From Hydrolagus colliei (taxonomy: Eukaryota): DNA of 64,000 nt. Both the position numbers and the translations under genes were made by a program. Shown here piece after piece: positions 13,201 to 26,250 of the stretch. The stretch spans positions 7,750,001 to 7,814,000 of the forward strand of contig CM068757.1 of the NCBI GenBank assembly GCA_035084275.1. Direction: 5' to 3'. The number at the start of each line of letters is the position of its first letter. Position 1 is the stretch's first letter. A model generated the notes under the pieces. The model saw only the letters and a program-made list of their open reading frames with translations. It ran no database searches and had not been told where the DNA came from.

Positions 13201-16133
13201 TGCAGGAAACGTTTTAGCCTCAAGGTAAGTGAGTTAGTGACCTGCACACATCCTTACTAACTAATTAACTAACTATAACTAACTAAGCAGAGGGATGTGA
13301 CTAGATGAGTTTTTTTGGTGAAGGGGGAGGGCTCAGATTTTTGTAGCTGTAGGGGAATGTGAGATTCTACACAGTAATTGAGATTGTGTATGTAACATTG
13401 CAAACTGGGGCTGGCTGTGGTGACTTACTAGATAAAAGGCACCTCTGAAGTCTTCTCCTCCTTCCTTTCCTCAGTGAGTGAGTGAATAAGGTAAGGCATT
13501 TTTTAAAACCTGTATTATATTCTCTCTCTCTCCCCCCCCCCCCCCCCCCCCACCTACTACACACACACACATACTTCCCACCCTTGCGTATTATCGCAGT
13601 GTTTGGCTGCTATTTATAGAAGTGTTTCAAATGAAAAGGAATGAAACTCCATCCTTAGCAGATTCAGGCAGATGATGAAACTTGTATTTAACGAGGAGGG
13701 GAAGAAAGTGAAGGTTATATAAAGAGAGAGAATAGGAACAAACCAGTTCACAAGGGTGTAATGGTGTGTATGTCTATCTGTGTGTGTGGATATTTTTCAT
13801 ACAGTTATGTAAAGTCCCAATGCAGTAGAGACAGTAGAGTTTTCCTATGTTTCTACTTGATGGTGATGTGGCTAGATGATGATTTGCAGTGTGTTTGTGC
13901 CAGTCAGTGTGTAAAAAAAAATTAAACTAAAAAAATGTATGTTTTGAAAGAAAAGTCGGTGACTAGGACAAGCTTCAAGGACATTGCGATGCTTCCTATC
14001 TCTCTCCCCCTGGGCAACATACGTAAGTCAGTCAGTCAGTCAGCTCGGGATATTAGGCTGGAAACTGCAGTGGGATGTGAGAGCTGATATGATCAATCAG
14101 TGCTAGACTGTGTAACTCTCCCTCTCTCTCTGTCCCGCTGTTACATTTGCTCATGATTGCGACAAATGGATTTATAGAAATATAGACAGTATATTTATTC
14201 AACAAGATAAAGATGTAACACATTTTTTTTGGGGGGGTGGGAGGAGAAATCATTTTATTCCAGATCAGTGTTTCTACCTTGACAGAGGACGCCAGAAAGG
14301 TCTTTTTAGTGATGTAGGCACATTTAACTACGTGTGTGTGTGTATATATGTGTTTGTGTGTGTGTGTGTGTATATACAGGAGGCAGGTCTAATCAGCTTG
14401 TGTTGGTATTGACTGAAGGTGGCGCTGAAGAGTTGTAGTGGTTGGGGGGGTGGGGAGAGGTACTTACAGTAAACCTCACATAAAACTCTGTGTCAGTTAG
14501 GACCATACATTTAATATGACTTATGCAAAGAATGAGTTATGTGAAACGTGAAGAGAATATCAACTCTGGAACAGTACTTGGCCGGATGTAATTATAATAC
14601 TACTACTAATCCTTGCATTTGATACAGTGCCTTATCACGTTTTGAAGACCTTTCAAAGCGCTTCTCGGAATATACTGTAAAGAGAATTGACTGTACAATT
14701 TGTGAGCAAATTATTCAGCATTTATACAGATCAGACCTGGGTGAGTTTGGCGCCTTGGGACGCCCCCCCCCCGACGTGAAACACACTACACGTATGTAAT
14801 GTTGTTGTTGTTTTTGCTGTATTGACAGTGGAAGTTGACAAAACAATGCGCGATAAATAACGCAAGAGTAAATGATATATGAAACGATGATAAAGACCTT
14901 CAAACTCTGACGTTATTTCATCTTATGAGCTGTGTGACAACTTAGAAACTCGCTAAAATTTTAGCTGCTGGACAGTCTTGTATAATATCTGAGTGGTTGA
15001 GCTTGTGACAAATCTTAAGTTTAAAAATCTCAGTGGATCTGCTTGTTACCCTGAACAATTATTGCATGGGTTGCCCTGTCCTGACCTTTAAAGGCAGATA
15101 ATAATCCTGGCATCTGATATAGTGTCCTATCGTGCCGTTAAGGATGTCTCAAAGTGTTTGGTAGTATATCCTGCAAAGTGGATTGCCTGGGTATTGTGTG
15201 GGCGACGGGTCAAAAGAGATAACTAGGCATTAGGCGCCATTAGCCCTGTAGGCAAGCATCTTGGAAGGTGCTTATTGACTGCGAAAGAGATTAGCCGGGA
15301 GCAGGGTTGGTGGTGGCCAGACAGAAAGTAAATCTTTGACTGAAACGTGATCCTCAAAACCTGTGTAGAAAGGTGGAAGTTTAAAAAAAATTTAGATTAT
15401 ACTTCTGATGGCTTAGGTTAGCGTATTACACAACAGTTTTATGCAGCTCATCATTCAGTAAAATATAAAAAAAACTACTTTATTAGAAAAAAGATTCAGA
15501 AACAAAATGTCACTTTGTAAAGCTACGGTGTACTGTACTTGAAAAATGAGATTACTCAAGATGTAGCAATAATAGCTCTAGAATGAATGAAAGAGATATC
15601 AGTGGTACCGACACAATGGACTCCTGTATTGAAAAAGTGTTGCTTCTAGAACGGACAATATAGAAGCATTATATTGAGACCTTCCATCCCCTCAATTGGA
15701 CCCAGGAATATGGGAGCCTCAGAGAAGCTTTTTTTTGAAACTGTATGAAATGAGCAGCATAGCAAGCTTCACAAAGGAGCACTGTGGAAATGCTTAAAAC
15801 TAAATGTCCTTTGAAACACATTCTCTGGAGGTGAAGTCCAGATAATTACTGAGCATCAGCCGTCCTTATTTGCCATTGCTTGATTGCTGTTAAACCCAGG
15901 AATGAAATTAGAATAAAACAATGTTAGGGTTTCTAGGCACCACTGATATTTTGTAACCTGTTAGCGGGTGTGATGACTATTTTACTGCTTTTGGATATTA
16001 CATGTCCCTTCCCCCCTACACCCCCTGGATCCTGTTGGCTTTGTCCTCAACGCTCCAAAATTGATTTCCTCTTGTCTCAATTCCTCACAAACTGTGCCTG
16101 TTCTTGTCGAATTGCGGTTTTTATTTGCATCCT

Positions 16134-16386
16134 AATAATAATCCTTGCATTCACATCTTTGAGACGTCTCAAAGCACTTCACAGGATATACTGTGAAGTG
16201 AATTAACTGTACATTTGTGGGTGAAATGCAGCAGCCAATTGTGCACAGCAGTGCCCACAAACAGGCGGGATTATTATCAGGTGTGTGGAGTAAGGAAACT
16301 TGCCCTAGGTTTCGCCCTGCCGGGAATCGAACCCAGGGTCTCTTGCTTGTAAGGCGAGTGCTCTAACCACTGATCTACAGGACTCC
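16134..16386 (-). mobile_element. tRNA-derived SINE family A, full length
   Basis: Reverse-complemented head has an intact B box (ggttcgattcc); shared core and tail. Confidence 0.85.
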
Positions 16387-18519
16387 AAAGGTAGATTTGA
16401 GGCCAGACGCTCCTAGTCCTCACAGTGGGTGCTTTTGACACACCTGGATTTTCTTATCTGAAATGTGGCCTCCAGCATTGGGTCTCCTGTGGATTGCCCC
16501 AGCCAATCGGCAAACCTCTGAGTAAAACAATGCTAATTAGAACTGATTTGCATTCACAGATGAGGTTAATTGGAAAAATCTTTTTCCCCTGCAACACTGA
16601 ACCTGTCTTCATTATAAAAGCAATTTTACCTGTAGAATTTTATACCATTTGTTTCGGCACCACTGAGACTCGTGCTCAGTCTCCTCAGTTGGAGTTTCAA
16701 TTTTCCCCAGTTTGTCCTTTTCTCCACTACAGATCTTGTGTGTGTGTCTCTCTCCCTCTCTCTCATCATATTGACAGATTATATACATGCTTTAGAGCAC
16801 TTCAGGGTGCCGTGCCCTTTGTGTTCCTCCGCACCCTCCCCCATATCCTGCAATAGCATGGCAGAACTCACCATGGATTCTGCTCCCTGTCGTGCCCACT
16901 ATATCTCCTCCGATCATCTCTTAATTGCACCATTTTATTCTAGGAAAAATCTGTCGCCGCTTTGGAATTGACCTTAGACCCAATCAAGATGTACAAGATG
17001 AAAGATGATGTGAGAATAATTCAAAATACATCTGGGGGAGGTCATTGGATTAGGAGAAAGAAAATGAGGGAGAATCTAAGAATATCTCTTATTTGAAAGA
17101 AATACTGTATATACATGCGTTTGATCAGCCACAGTGAAGCCTTTAATTTTGTGTGTGTTAATTGAAATGCATCACTGAGTTTAAAGAGCTCTGCCTGAGT
17201 TTGATCCCTGGTGTGTGATGAGGAGGTATAATAATCCTTGCATTTAAAATAAGGCCTTATCGCATCATTGAGACATCTCAAAGCCCTTCACAGGATGGTT
17301 GTGATGCACACAGCTGCGACTCCTGACTGTTTTAAAGGGAGCGTCCACGGAAAAATGTGTGCACATCCTGTGTGTGTGTGGGTGGGGGGTGGTGGGGGGG
17401 GTGGGGGTGGAATGTTCCATGAACAAAGGAATGGTATTGTTTGGTATTGGAAAAAGAAGATATTGTATTTTGTTTGTATTGTTACCACAAATATATTTAT
17501 AAATATATACAGTTTAAAAGAAAGGATTTACTGTAAAGTGTAATGACTGTGTGTTTGTGGATAAAAGCATCAGCATCCCAAAAGCATCCCATAGTGTAAA
17601 GGCAGAATAGGTGATTTACCCACTTAATTTAATGAAGCCCATCTCCATGGATCCTGTTTGCTCGTGCAAGTCACAATGTGTGACAACACTTTGCAGCCCA
17701 TTTCTGCAAAACTATATTTGCTGTAAGCTTCTGGCTTTTCTCACTGTAAGACATTGCTGTCAACTTCTTGTTCTTTTCATCTCCCAAGGTTTAAGCCTCT
17801 TCCACCTCCACGCCCCCGCTTAGATGTGTTAGTTTCGATCTCCTATAGTAGACTATAGATCACAGTTTGCTGACCAGCCTGGGTACATGAACAATGTAAC
17901 CGATACAACAACGTACATTTATATAGCGCCTTCCACGCCAGGCGGTGTTTCAGTGCACTTAACAGTAGCGGAGCCTGAGGCCGAGCCAGGGGGATATGAG
18001 TGTAATAGTACAATAGTATTGTATTACAACAACAAAATTACATTTGCATCACCCATGGGAATGGATTTTAAGTCAGGTCTTTATTAAAAATGCCAGCCAT
18101 CCGAAACCGTTACAAACTGTGAGGCTCAGGCAGGCAGCGGCAGCTTAGTCGTAAGCCTTCTCAGGCTTTATTGATAAAAGTTCATGAATTTAAACTCTCC
18201 CTTGGGCAAGAGTGAGTAAATTATATTAATTTATGGAGTTTCTGGCTTTGTGATCTGAGCTGGGAGCAGGGATATTTCTCCCCCCACCCCCACCGACTAT
18301 TACAAGGGGTTTGCGGGGGTGGGGGAACTGCCAAGATTTTTTTAAAACCAGTGACCAGTACTGCAGAGCAAATATGTTGATTGATTGGGAAATTCCTGGA
18401 TATGGGCTTGGTGGTGTTTTTAAATCAAACAATCTTCCAATGCTCACTGTCTACCTTTTTAATCTAACATGGTTCTAAGATTAACGACCAGTTTAATGAC
18501 TGATTCATGTAAATTACAT

Positions 18520-18655
18520 CAATGTATGTAACTTGATGCATGGATCAGACAGGTATGGGGGAAGGGATTCAGAGGGAGCGATGGGAGTTCATGTGGGGTA
18601 TAACCACCTGTATGGACTAGTTGGGCTAGGTGCCCTGTTTTGGTGCCCTATGTAT
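18520..18655 (+). mobile_element. CR1 3'UTR remnant
   Basis: atggactagttgggctaggtgccctgttttggtgccctatg resembles a CR1 terminal stem-loop region. Confidence 0.5.
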
Positions 18656-20194
18656 GAAGACTACTCTTTGGTCGAGGTCCTGGAGGGGTGCCAGTGTTCA
18701 AGGAACTGCAACTGCAGTGCAGGTACTTCAGTCCAGAACCCCAGTTGCTATCATGGCAGCCAGAAAAAATATTTATGAAATAATTGCCCTGGAGTGCTGT
18801 TTCTAAGCAGTGAATTGTATTCAGCTTTGAAACCGTCACACTCTTGATTCATCTATCTCGTAGATGCCAATTAAAGGTTGTTTATCAGGGGCTGGCTTCA
18901 GAAATTGCTGGCAATGTGCTCCGCCTGGTCCTTGGTGTGTGTATTCCTTGTAGACTGGATTAACAGTTAATGTTTTATCTTCTCCACACCGATGTGTTGT
19001 CAGCAAGACTTTTTCTCCTTTGTTTTAATCTGTTTTGCTCACAGAATACACACTTTTAATTCACTTTGCAGAATATTCTGTGGAGCGCTTTGAGATGTCT
19101 CACTGACTGAATTAGCTACTGTGTCTAATGCAAGGATTATTATATTTCTAATTTGGATGCTATGGGGTATTTCAAGGAAAGGCAAATCTCCGTTTCTTGA
19201 AGCGCTTTCTTTTAATGGTGTCCGCGGAACCTGAAGCAACTGGTTTTAACTCAAAGTTCATAAAACCTTGTTCTTAAAATCTTGTCAGTAACTTTGTATT
19301 CATTTGCTTGGGCTTGCTGCAGATCCCCAGCCCTAACTGTGCCAACTTGGATGGCAGAGCATTCAGATTGTATGCCTCTACTCTCTGGAACTCCTTCCAT
19401 TGCACTGGATCCTCTCCCCCCACCCACCTCCCTTTCTGTGTTCACTTCCTACCTCAACACCTACCTCTTCGACTGTACCTATGGTCACCTTCCCTCCTCC
19501 CCTGCTCAGTGTCTGACCCCATCTCTATAAAACGCTGGGGCGTTATCCTAGATGAAAAATACTATATAAATGCAAGTTGTTGGAAGAGAAAGTATTTAGT
19601 CTATTAATATGTCACATATAGGGCACTGAAATGTGGATGCTGTACACAATGTATCTGAGCCTATAGAATAACTGTTCTAAATTACTTTTTTTTAAAGTAG
19701 TTAATTTGAATCTTCTTTTCAGTTTTCTGTTTTTTCTCCTTCGCCATCCCAGTATGCGCGGCTTCCCACTCAACCAATGATGTCGTCTGTTTCTCTCTCT
19801 AAAACGATTTCTAATTTTTTGGGATGAAGGATATTTTAAGTACAAACCTAATTCTGCAATTGTTTGCATTCTGAGAGACGACCTTAATGGGATTCCCAGC
19901 TTCAAACGAGATTCCAATGTTGGATCTCAAGAGTTGGAACAGGGAGACGTCCTTTGATCCAGGTAAACAACTCAACATGTTAAATGATCTACAATAAAGT
20001 GCAGTACGTGACAAACTATTTTTATGGCAAGGATGCTTCAGCATTTCCTGTAGCAAGAGATTATTTCAAAGGGTGTCATTCTCACCTCCTTATTCTCACC
20101 AATAAGGAGGTCTTATTTCCTTCCCTTCTCTACCTGAAAGGGCCTTTATTGGGTACTATTACTTCTACTAAGTGTCCTCTACCATTCCAAACTC

Positions 20195-20450
20195 TGTGAC
20201 CCCATCTCGCCCGACTCTATTAGCTCCCCATCATCCAGAGGATCCAATTCAAGTTCCTGGTCCTCTCATTTGAAACTCTCCATAACCTCGCCCCACCCTA
20301 CATCTGTGACCTCCTATCCCCTTACCAACATGCCCGCCCCCTCCGCTCAGCAGGCTCTGGCCTGCTCCACATGCCCCGACCCACCCGCCCCACTATTGGC
20401 AGGCGGGCCTTCAGCAACTCGGCCTCCAACCTCTGGAACTCCATCCCGCA
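20195..20450 (+). mobile_element. Degenerate L2 3' fragment
   Basis: Similar to the reverse complement of 61050-61300 (aattcaag.tcct.gtcctc, ctcgccccaccctac, ctctggaactccatccc). Confidence 0.7.
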
Positions 20451-21070
20451 GTGGGGCAGGAATGAGATTTTAATAATGATCCTTATTTATTATAGTGCCT
20501 GGTAATGTTGTTGAGGCCTCTCAATGTGCTTCATCGGAAATAACGTAAAGTGGAGTGACCGTGTATTTAACGTCTCATATGTTTGAATTTCAGTGATCCC
20601 TGCTATTTATCAGCAATTCTGTGCTCTGCCAACTCTTAGGTTCTGGCCCCAACTCAGTTCTTGTGCTTGTGTTCCGTGCCAGTTCTTCTCAAAAAAGCAG
20701 TTTTTCTTGGACTCTCCCTCTTAAAAGCCATTTGGTTTCAGCTGGCATTCTGTGGTACCAGTTGCTCAGCAAATCCTAATAACTTTTTATTCTTGTGGGA
20801 AATGAACCTTTCTTCTTTCCTATAATTTGTTTTCGTACAACAAGATGACTCTTCCAAGAAAAACTGCAGAGGGTGAAACCCATTGTTTAATGGATAAACT
20901 GTCTGCATCAATCTAATGGAGTTTTTAATGGCTTATTACACACCTCCTCAGCCAACTCATCCCTAATGGTATTGCTCATTGTTCCCAATGACGCAGTTAA
21001 AAGAAAATGAGTCGATCTATAATTCCTGAAGCAAAGTGTTCAGTACACTGGATTCATAAATAACCTAGAA

Positions 21071-21281
21071 CACAGTGATCCAACCTTTTGGCTGATGAGG
21101 GCCCGATGCCCTACTTGAAAAATGTCTGCAGGCTCCATCAACAATATTTTGGGGTTTCCCTTCCAGAGAAACATAGCAATGTTTATGGGTTGTGGAGGGA
21201 ATGGATGAGATTAATCCAGATGAAATGGATGGTGGGAGGGGGCAATCAAATTGTCTGGATGTGACTCGCAGGACTACCTTG
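21071..21281. mobile_element. Putative hAT (Charlie-like) MITE
   Basis: Flanked by the direct repeat acctagaa (21063-21070 and 21282-21289), which resembles the NTCTAGAN Charlie target; CA...TG ends with degenerate TIRs. Confidence 0.55.
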
Positions 21282-21295
21282 ACCTAGAACAACAT

Positions 21296-21601
21296 GGCCC
21301 AGATTCTGTGCCAGATGAACCACAATTTAACCACAAACCATATAAATTTTCATGACATTAACAAATTTGCTGTCAGATATTTTACTCGACTACATCGCTG
21401 GTATTTTTATGAATTCAAAGCTGACGTGGCATTTGATCTTTCAACTACCAGCTTGCATGTAGGTAGCTGCATCAAAATCTGGAGAATATTTTTGTGGTTA
21501 AAATGTGGTTCCGTTTCAGTGGAAAGTTTGATCGCAAGCCCGATTCTGGAGCTGAGCTCATTTTAGATATCTAAAAACTGTGCGGTCAGAAATTCAGGTC
21601 C
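21296..21601. mobile_element. Putative Harbinger-like MITE
   Basis: Imperfect TIRs tggcccagattctg ... cagaaattcaggtcca; no clear TSD. Confidence 0.35.
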
Positions 21602-23606
21602 ATTATATTAAAAAAAAAAGCCAAGAAGTGAGTGAAGTGGCAGCAGCTCAAATGTATTAACATTTTAGTCCATAAGATTTCTGATTTACTGCGTGGGTGG
21701 CAGTGGGTGGGGGGAACCGTGCTGATCAGCTGGTGTCCACATGGACACCAATCTTATTTCCAGCTGTGTTATTATAGTATTCCATGTGTTTTATATAGCA
21801 CCTTTTACGTCTGTTTTACACGCAGGTTTTTAACATCCCCTGGACCCAATCCCTGTCCATGTCAACTTGACCTACAATTCGGAGCTCGTGATATATCACC
21901 TAACAGCTTTTATATTATTGTCGAGTCTTTGAGTTGTGTGCTGATGTGAAAAATGGATTGAACTCTGATGCAAAGCAATTGTATGCTCTTCACTCCTAAA
22001 CTCAGTCAGAAACAACAATAATTTTTGCTATTGACCCTTCCACTTTGGGATAACGTCTTCAATTGGTTCACAAGATATAGCTAAAGTGTAGGGGCAGGGT
22101 TAATTAGCTGTGTGCCTATTGTATAAATTTCAATCATTGCCTGAGACCTGCCCTTCAGTAGCTGATGTTGTCGTGACATGTTTAAGGTCAAGGTTTCTTT
22201 GCCACAATCAGAGTTTGTGTCCGTCACTCCTGCTGTGTGTTCAGCCTCTAAAAGTGGGGAGGCGACTAACCTGCAGAGTTGGTCATTCTGCATTTATGAT
22301 ATTAAAAAAAAACCTTGTGTTTGATATAGCACCTTATCACAGAATTGAGAATTCTCCAAGCGCTTCACAGAATATACTGTAAGGTTAATTGGCTTTTGTG
22401 GGCAAAACTATGGCAGCCACTTGCCCACAGCAGTGTCCCACAAACAGTCCATTTAGTGACTCAATATTAAATGAGGTTGAGTGGCACTGTAGGTTTTTAC
22501 AGAATGGTACTCATTTTAGAAATTTGCAGAAAACTATTTTAAAAGCAGATTTATTCATTGAAACCAGCTCAGCAATTAATCAACAACAGCAACCAAATTA
22601 CATTTGTATAGCGCCTTTCACGTCGGAAGGATGTCCCAAGGCGCTGGACAGCCAGTTTTCTGGACCCGAGCTGGGGGTAGAGATTGAGGAGGGTGGACGG
22701 CAGCGAGGGAAGGAGGTTGATCGAAAGCCGGGTCAAAGAGTAGGTGCTTGAGGTGCGTCTTGAAGGAGGCGAGGGATGGGGCAAGGCGAAGGGAATGTGG
22801 GATGCATAGCTTTATACTACATTGTTGCTGTTATCAACAGCAATGACATTATTAGGTTAATAAATGCAAATACTTTGAAGGTTTAGTATCTTTTAAGATC
22901 CATGCGCTGCTATGTGCAATTGGTTGCCACATTTCACCCACAAATATACAGTCAATTCACTCTGCAATATATTCTGTGAAGAGCTTCTGTGAGGCATCTA
23001 GAATTCATGAAAAGTTGTACATCAAATGTAAGAATTATTATTATTATAGATTACCAGATGTCACTTAAAGCATCCATTATGGATGTCAGTTGGAAGCTCT
23101 ACTAATTAGGCTGTTGTATTTCTGCATTGCAGCAGAAACACTATGTCCATTGCAGAAAGGTTCAAGTCGTTGCTCACCCGAGCACTAAGTAATGTTACGT
23201 AAGAAAATTACCTGTGGGTTGGTGAGATTCCTTAATTATTCCTCTTGTGACGTCTTGACCCAGAGTGGGTCCTCTGCCACCTGTGTGTGATGTGTTTCCC
23301 ACGCTTGGAATCCTTGAGACGCTTGCCGAGAAGTTGTGGGACATGGGCTTGCACTCATTGGAAGCTAAGCTGAGACTGCCCAGCCTCAAACAACAACAGA
23401 TTACATTTGGATAGCACGTTTCTCGTCAGGAGGAAGTCCCAAGGCGCTGGGCAGTCACCACCTGATATTGGTGTCTGGCACAGAGGAGACCTGCATTCGT
23501 CTGGACTGCATTAAAATCCAGGTGCTAGAGAGGAAAGACCAGTGTGCAAGCAGATGAAAGGTCCTGAGTTTGATTCCCGGGCAGGGCGAAACCTTAGACA
23601 TGTTTA

Positions 23607-25202
23607 TAGAATCATAGAATCTTAACAGCGCAAAAGGAGGCCATTCGGCCCATCCAGTCTATGCCGGCTCTTTGAAAAGAGCTATTCAATCCCACTCTCC
23701 AAATCTCTCCCCATAGCCTCGCAAACCCGTCCTCCCCAAATAAATGTCTACCTCTCTTTTAAAAGTTGTTATCGAATCGGCCTCCACCACCTTTTTAAGT
23801 AATGCATTCCAGATTTGAACAACTCGCTAAGTGAAAACATTTCTCCTCACCTCCCCTCTGCTTCTTTTTAAAACTATTTTAAATCTGTGACCACGAGTCA
23901 TTGATACACCCACCAGTAGAAACAGTTTTTCCTTGTTTATTCTGTCGAATCCTCTTATGATCTTGAAAACCTGTATTAGGTCTCCTCGTAACCTTCTCTG
24001 TTCCAATGAGAATAAACCTAGCCTCTCTAGATTTTCCTCAAAACTGAACTCTCTCATTCCTGGTACCATCCTGGTAAATCTCCTCTGCACCCTTTCCAAT
24101 GCCTTAACATCTTTTCTAAAGTGTCGTGACCAGAATTGAACACTACTCTAGCTGAGGTTAGAGTAACTAAAGTTTTATAGAGGTTAGTCAGAACTTCCTG
24201 ACTTTTATACTCTATGCCCCTATTTATAAAACCTAGTATCCCATATGCTATTGTTAACAGCCTTGTCTGCTTGTCCTGCCACCTTCAAAGAATTACTTAC
24301 ACAAACCCCCAGGTCTCTCTGTTCCTTCACACTCCTTAAAATTGTACTATCTAGCCTATATTGCCTCCCCTCTTTTCTCCTCCCAAAATGCATCACCTCA
24401 CGTTTCTCTACATTAAATTTAATCTGCCATGTGTCTGCCCATTTTACCGTTCTGTCTATATCTTCTTGCAGATGACTACTATCCTCCTCACTATTTACTA
24501 TTTTTCCTTACCTTGTGTCATCTGCAAACTTGGAAATGGTACTCCCTATACCCAAGTCCAGATTATTAATATAAATTAAAAAGAGCAATAGTCCCAATAC
24601 CGATCCCTGGGAAACGCCATTGTACACTTCACTCAAGTCAGAAAATCAGCTGTTCACCACAACTCTATGCTTTCTGTCTCCCAGTGAGTTCTGGATCCAC
24701 GCTGCCACTGTCCATTTAACGCTGTGGGCTTCTATTTTCCTTATAAGCCTTTTATGTGGTACTTTGTCAAAAGCCTTTTGAAAGTCCATCTAAACTACAT
24801 CAACTGCACTACCCTCATCCACCCATTCCATTACCTCATCCAAAAATGCTATCAGATTTGTTAGGCAAGATTTGCCTTTAACAAATCCGTGCTGCCTGTC
24901 CTTTATTAACTGATATATTTCTAAGTGAAGATCTATCGTGTCCCTGATTATAGTCTCTAGAAGTTTCCCTACTACTGATGTTAGACTGACTGGCCTGTAG
25001 TTCCCAGGTTTCACCTTCTGCCCCTTTTTGTACAGGGGAGTAACGTTAGCAACCTTCCAGTCCTCTGGCACCACCCCTGTATCCAAGGATGGTTGAAAGA
25101 TTGTGGCCAGAGCCTCTGCTATTTGCACCCGTACTTCCCTTACTAACCCAGGATGCATCCCATCTGGACTGGGCGACTTATCTACCTTGAGTGCCATCAC
25201 TT
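23607..25202 (-). mobile_element. 5'-truncated CR1 LINE: RT region of ORF2 and 3'UTR, disrupted
   Basis: ORF pieces DKSPSPDGMHP...PEDWKVANVTPLYKKG...PGNYRPVSLTSVVGKLLE...QHGFVKGKSCLTNL and ERVQRRFTRMVPGM...LGLFSLEQRRLRGDLIQVFK; terminal tagaatcatagaat repeat typical of CR1. Confidence 0.95.
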
Positions 25203-26009
25203 CATGTTTACTGCCTCCATATGCCCTGTTTACCTAACAGTAAGTGGGAACCCCAGTTGTTGTGGACCCCCTGATTGGTGGATTGCTTTCCAGTGTAACA
25301 ATCCCTCCCCCCAAAATATGGTCACTCAGTCCACATCTGTTTGTGGGACACCGCAGTAAACAATTGGCTGCCCTAATTCTTTACAATATATCTACTTTAC
25401 AATATATTCTGTGAATTGCATCTCAATGATGTGATAAGGTGTTACATCAAATGCAAGTACTGTATTTCTATTAACACCATACCACACAATTCCATTCAAG
25501 CTGATAGATTTAAAACTCACTAGTTATAAACCAAAGATTTTATTTGGTTAAGTAGTTGGTGTTCAAGTGAGTTGACAATCAAAACCCTCTCTACAGTGGA
25601 CAAATTGTTTCTACTTGAATGCAAAAATACAGCAGACTGATTCCTGAACACAAGCAAATGTTGAAATATAATGCTTCACTGATCCTGTTTGTTTTGCTCT
25701 CTTGTGCTGAAACTGCCATGATGGCTGATGGCATTGAAGCAGAACTAGAGGAGGTGGTTCCAAGTGAATGCAGTTGCACAAAGTGGGCCAATATGTGGAC
25801 CAGACACAGGGAGGAGGAGAAAGACTATGTCTGCAAGTTTAAGAGGGAATATTGTATTTTGGCAGCTGGATATCTGACGCATGCAGAAACCCCATTGCCA
25901 TACTTAAGAGTATCCGAATACAGACTTTTTTTTTGGTGTAGTGACCATAGTGTTTCCATTTGAATGCAGAACAACAAATTACATTTGCATTGACAGTCAA
26001 GGATTTGAG

Positions 26010-26250
26010 GCTGTGCAGGGGGTTAGGATTAGGAGGGTTGGAGGGTGGGGAGGATGAGGGTTGGAGGGTGACCCGAAAGCGTGGTCAAAGAGGAGGATCT
26101 TGGGATGAGCCTTGAAGGAGGCGACAGAGGGGGCAAGGTGAAGGGACTATGGGATGGAATTCCGAAGGGTGGGGGCAGCAAGGCTGAAGGCCCGACCACC
26201 GAGGGTGAGGAAGGCAGTGTGGGGGATGTGGAGGGGGTCAGAGTCTGCTG
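26010..26250 (-). mobile_element. Degenerate L2 3' fragment
   Basis: ggtcaaagaggaggatcttgggatgagccttgaaggagg...gggatggaattcc matches 60980-61070. Similar remnants at about 10185-10410, 19300-19580, 22580-22800, 32110-32430 and 60360-60570. Confidence 0.7.

Noticed and set aside
21093-21122. CTGATGA-gggc...gccc-tactt-GAAA, hammerhead-like
   Set aside because: Five extra nucleotides between helix II and GAAA and no helix I or III; it lies inside the putative hAT MITE.
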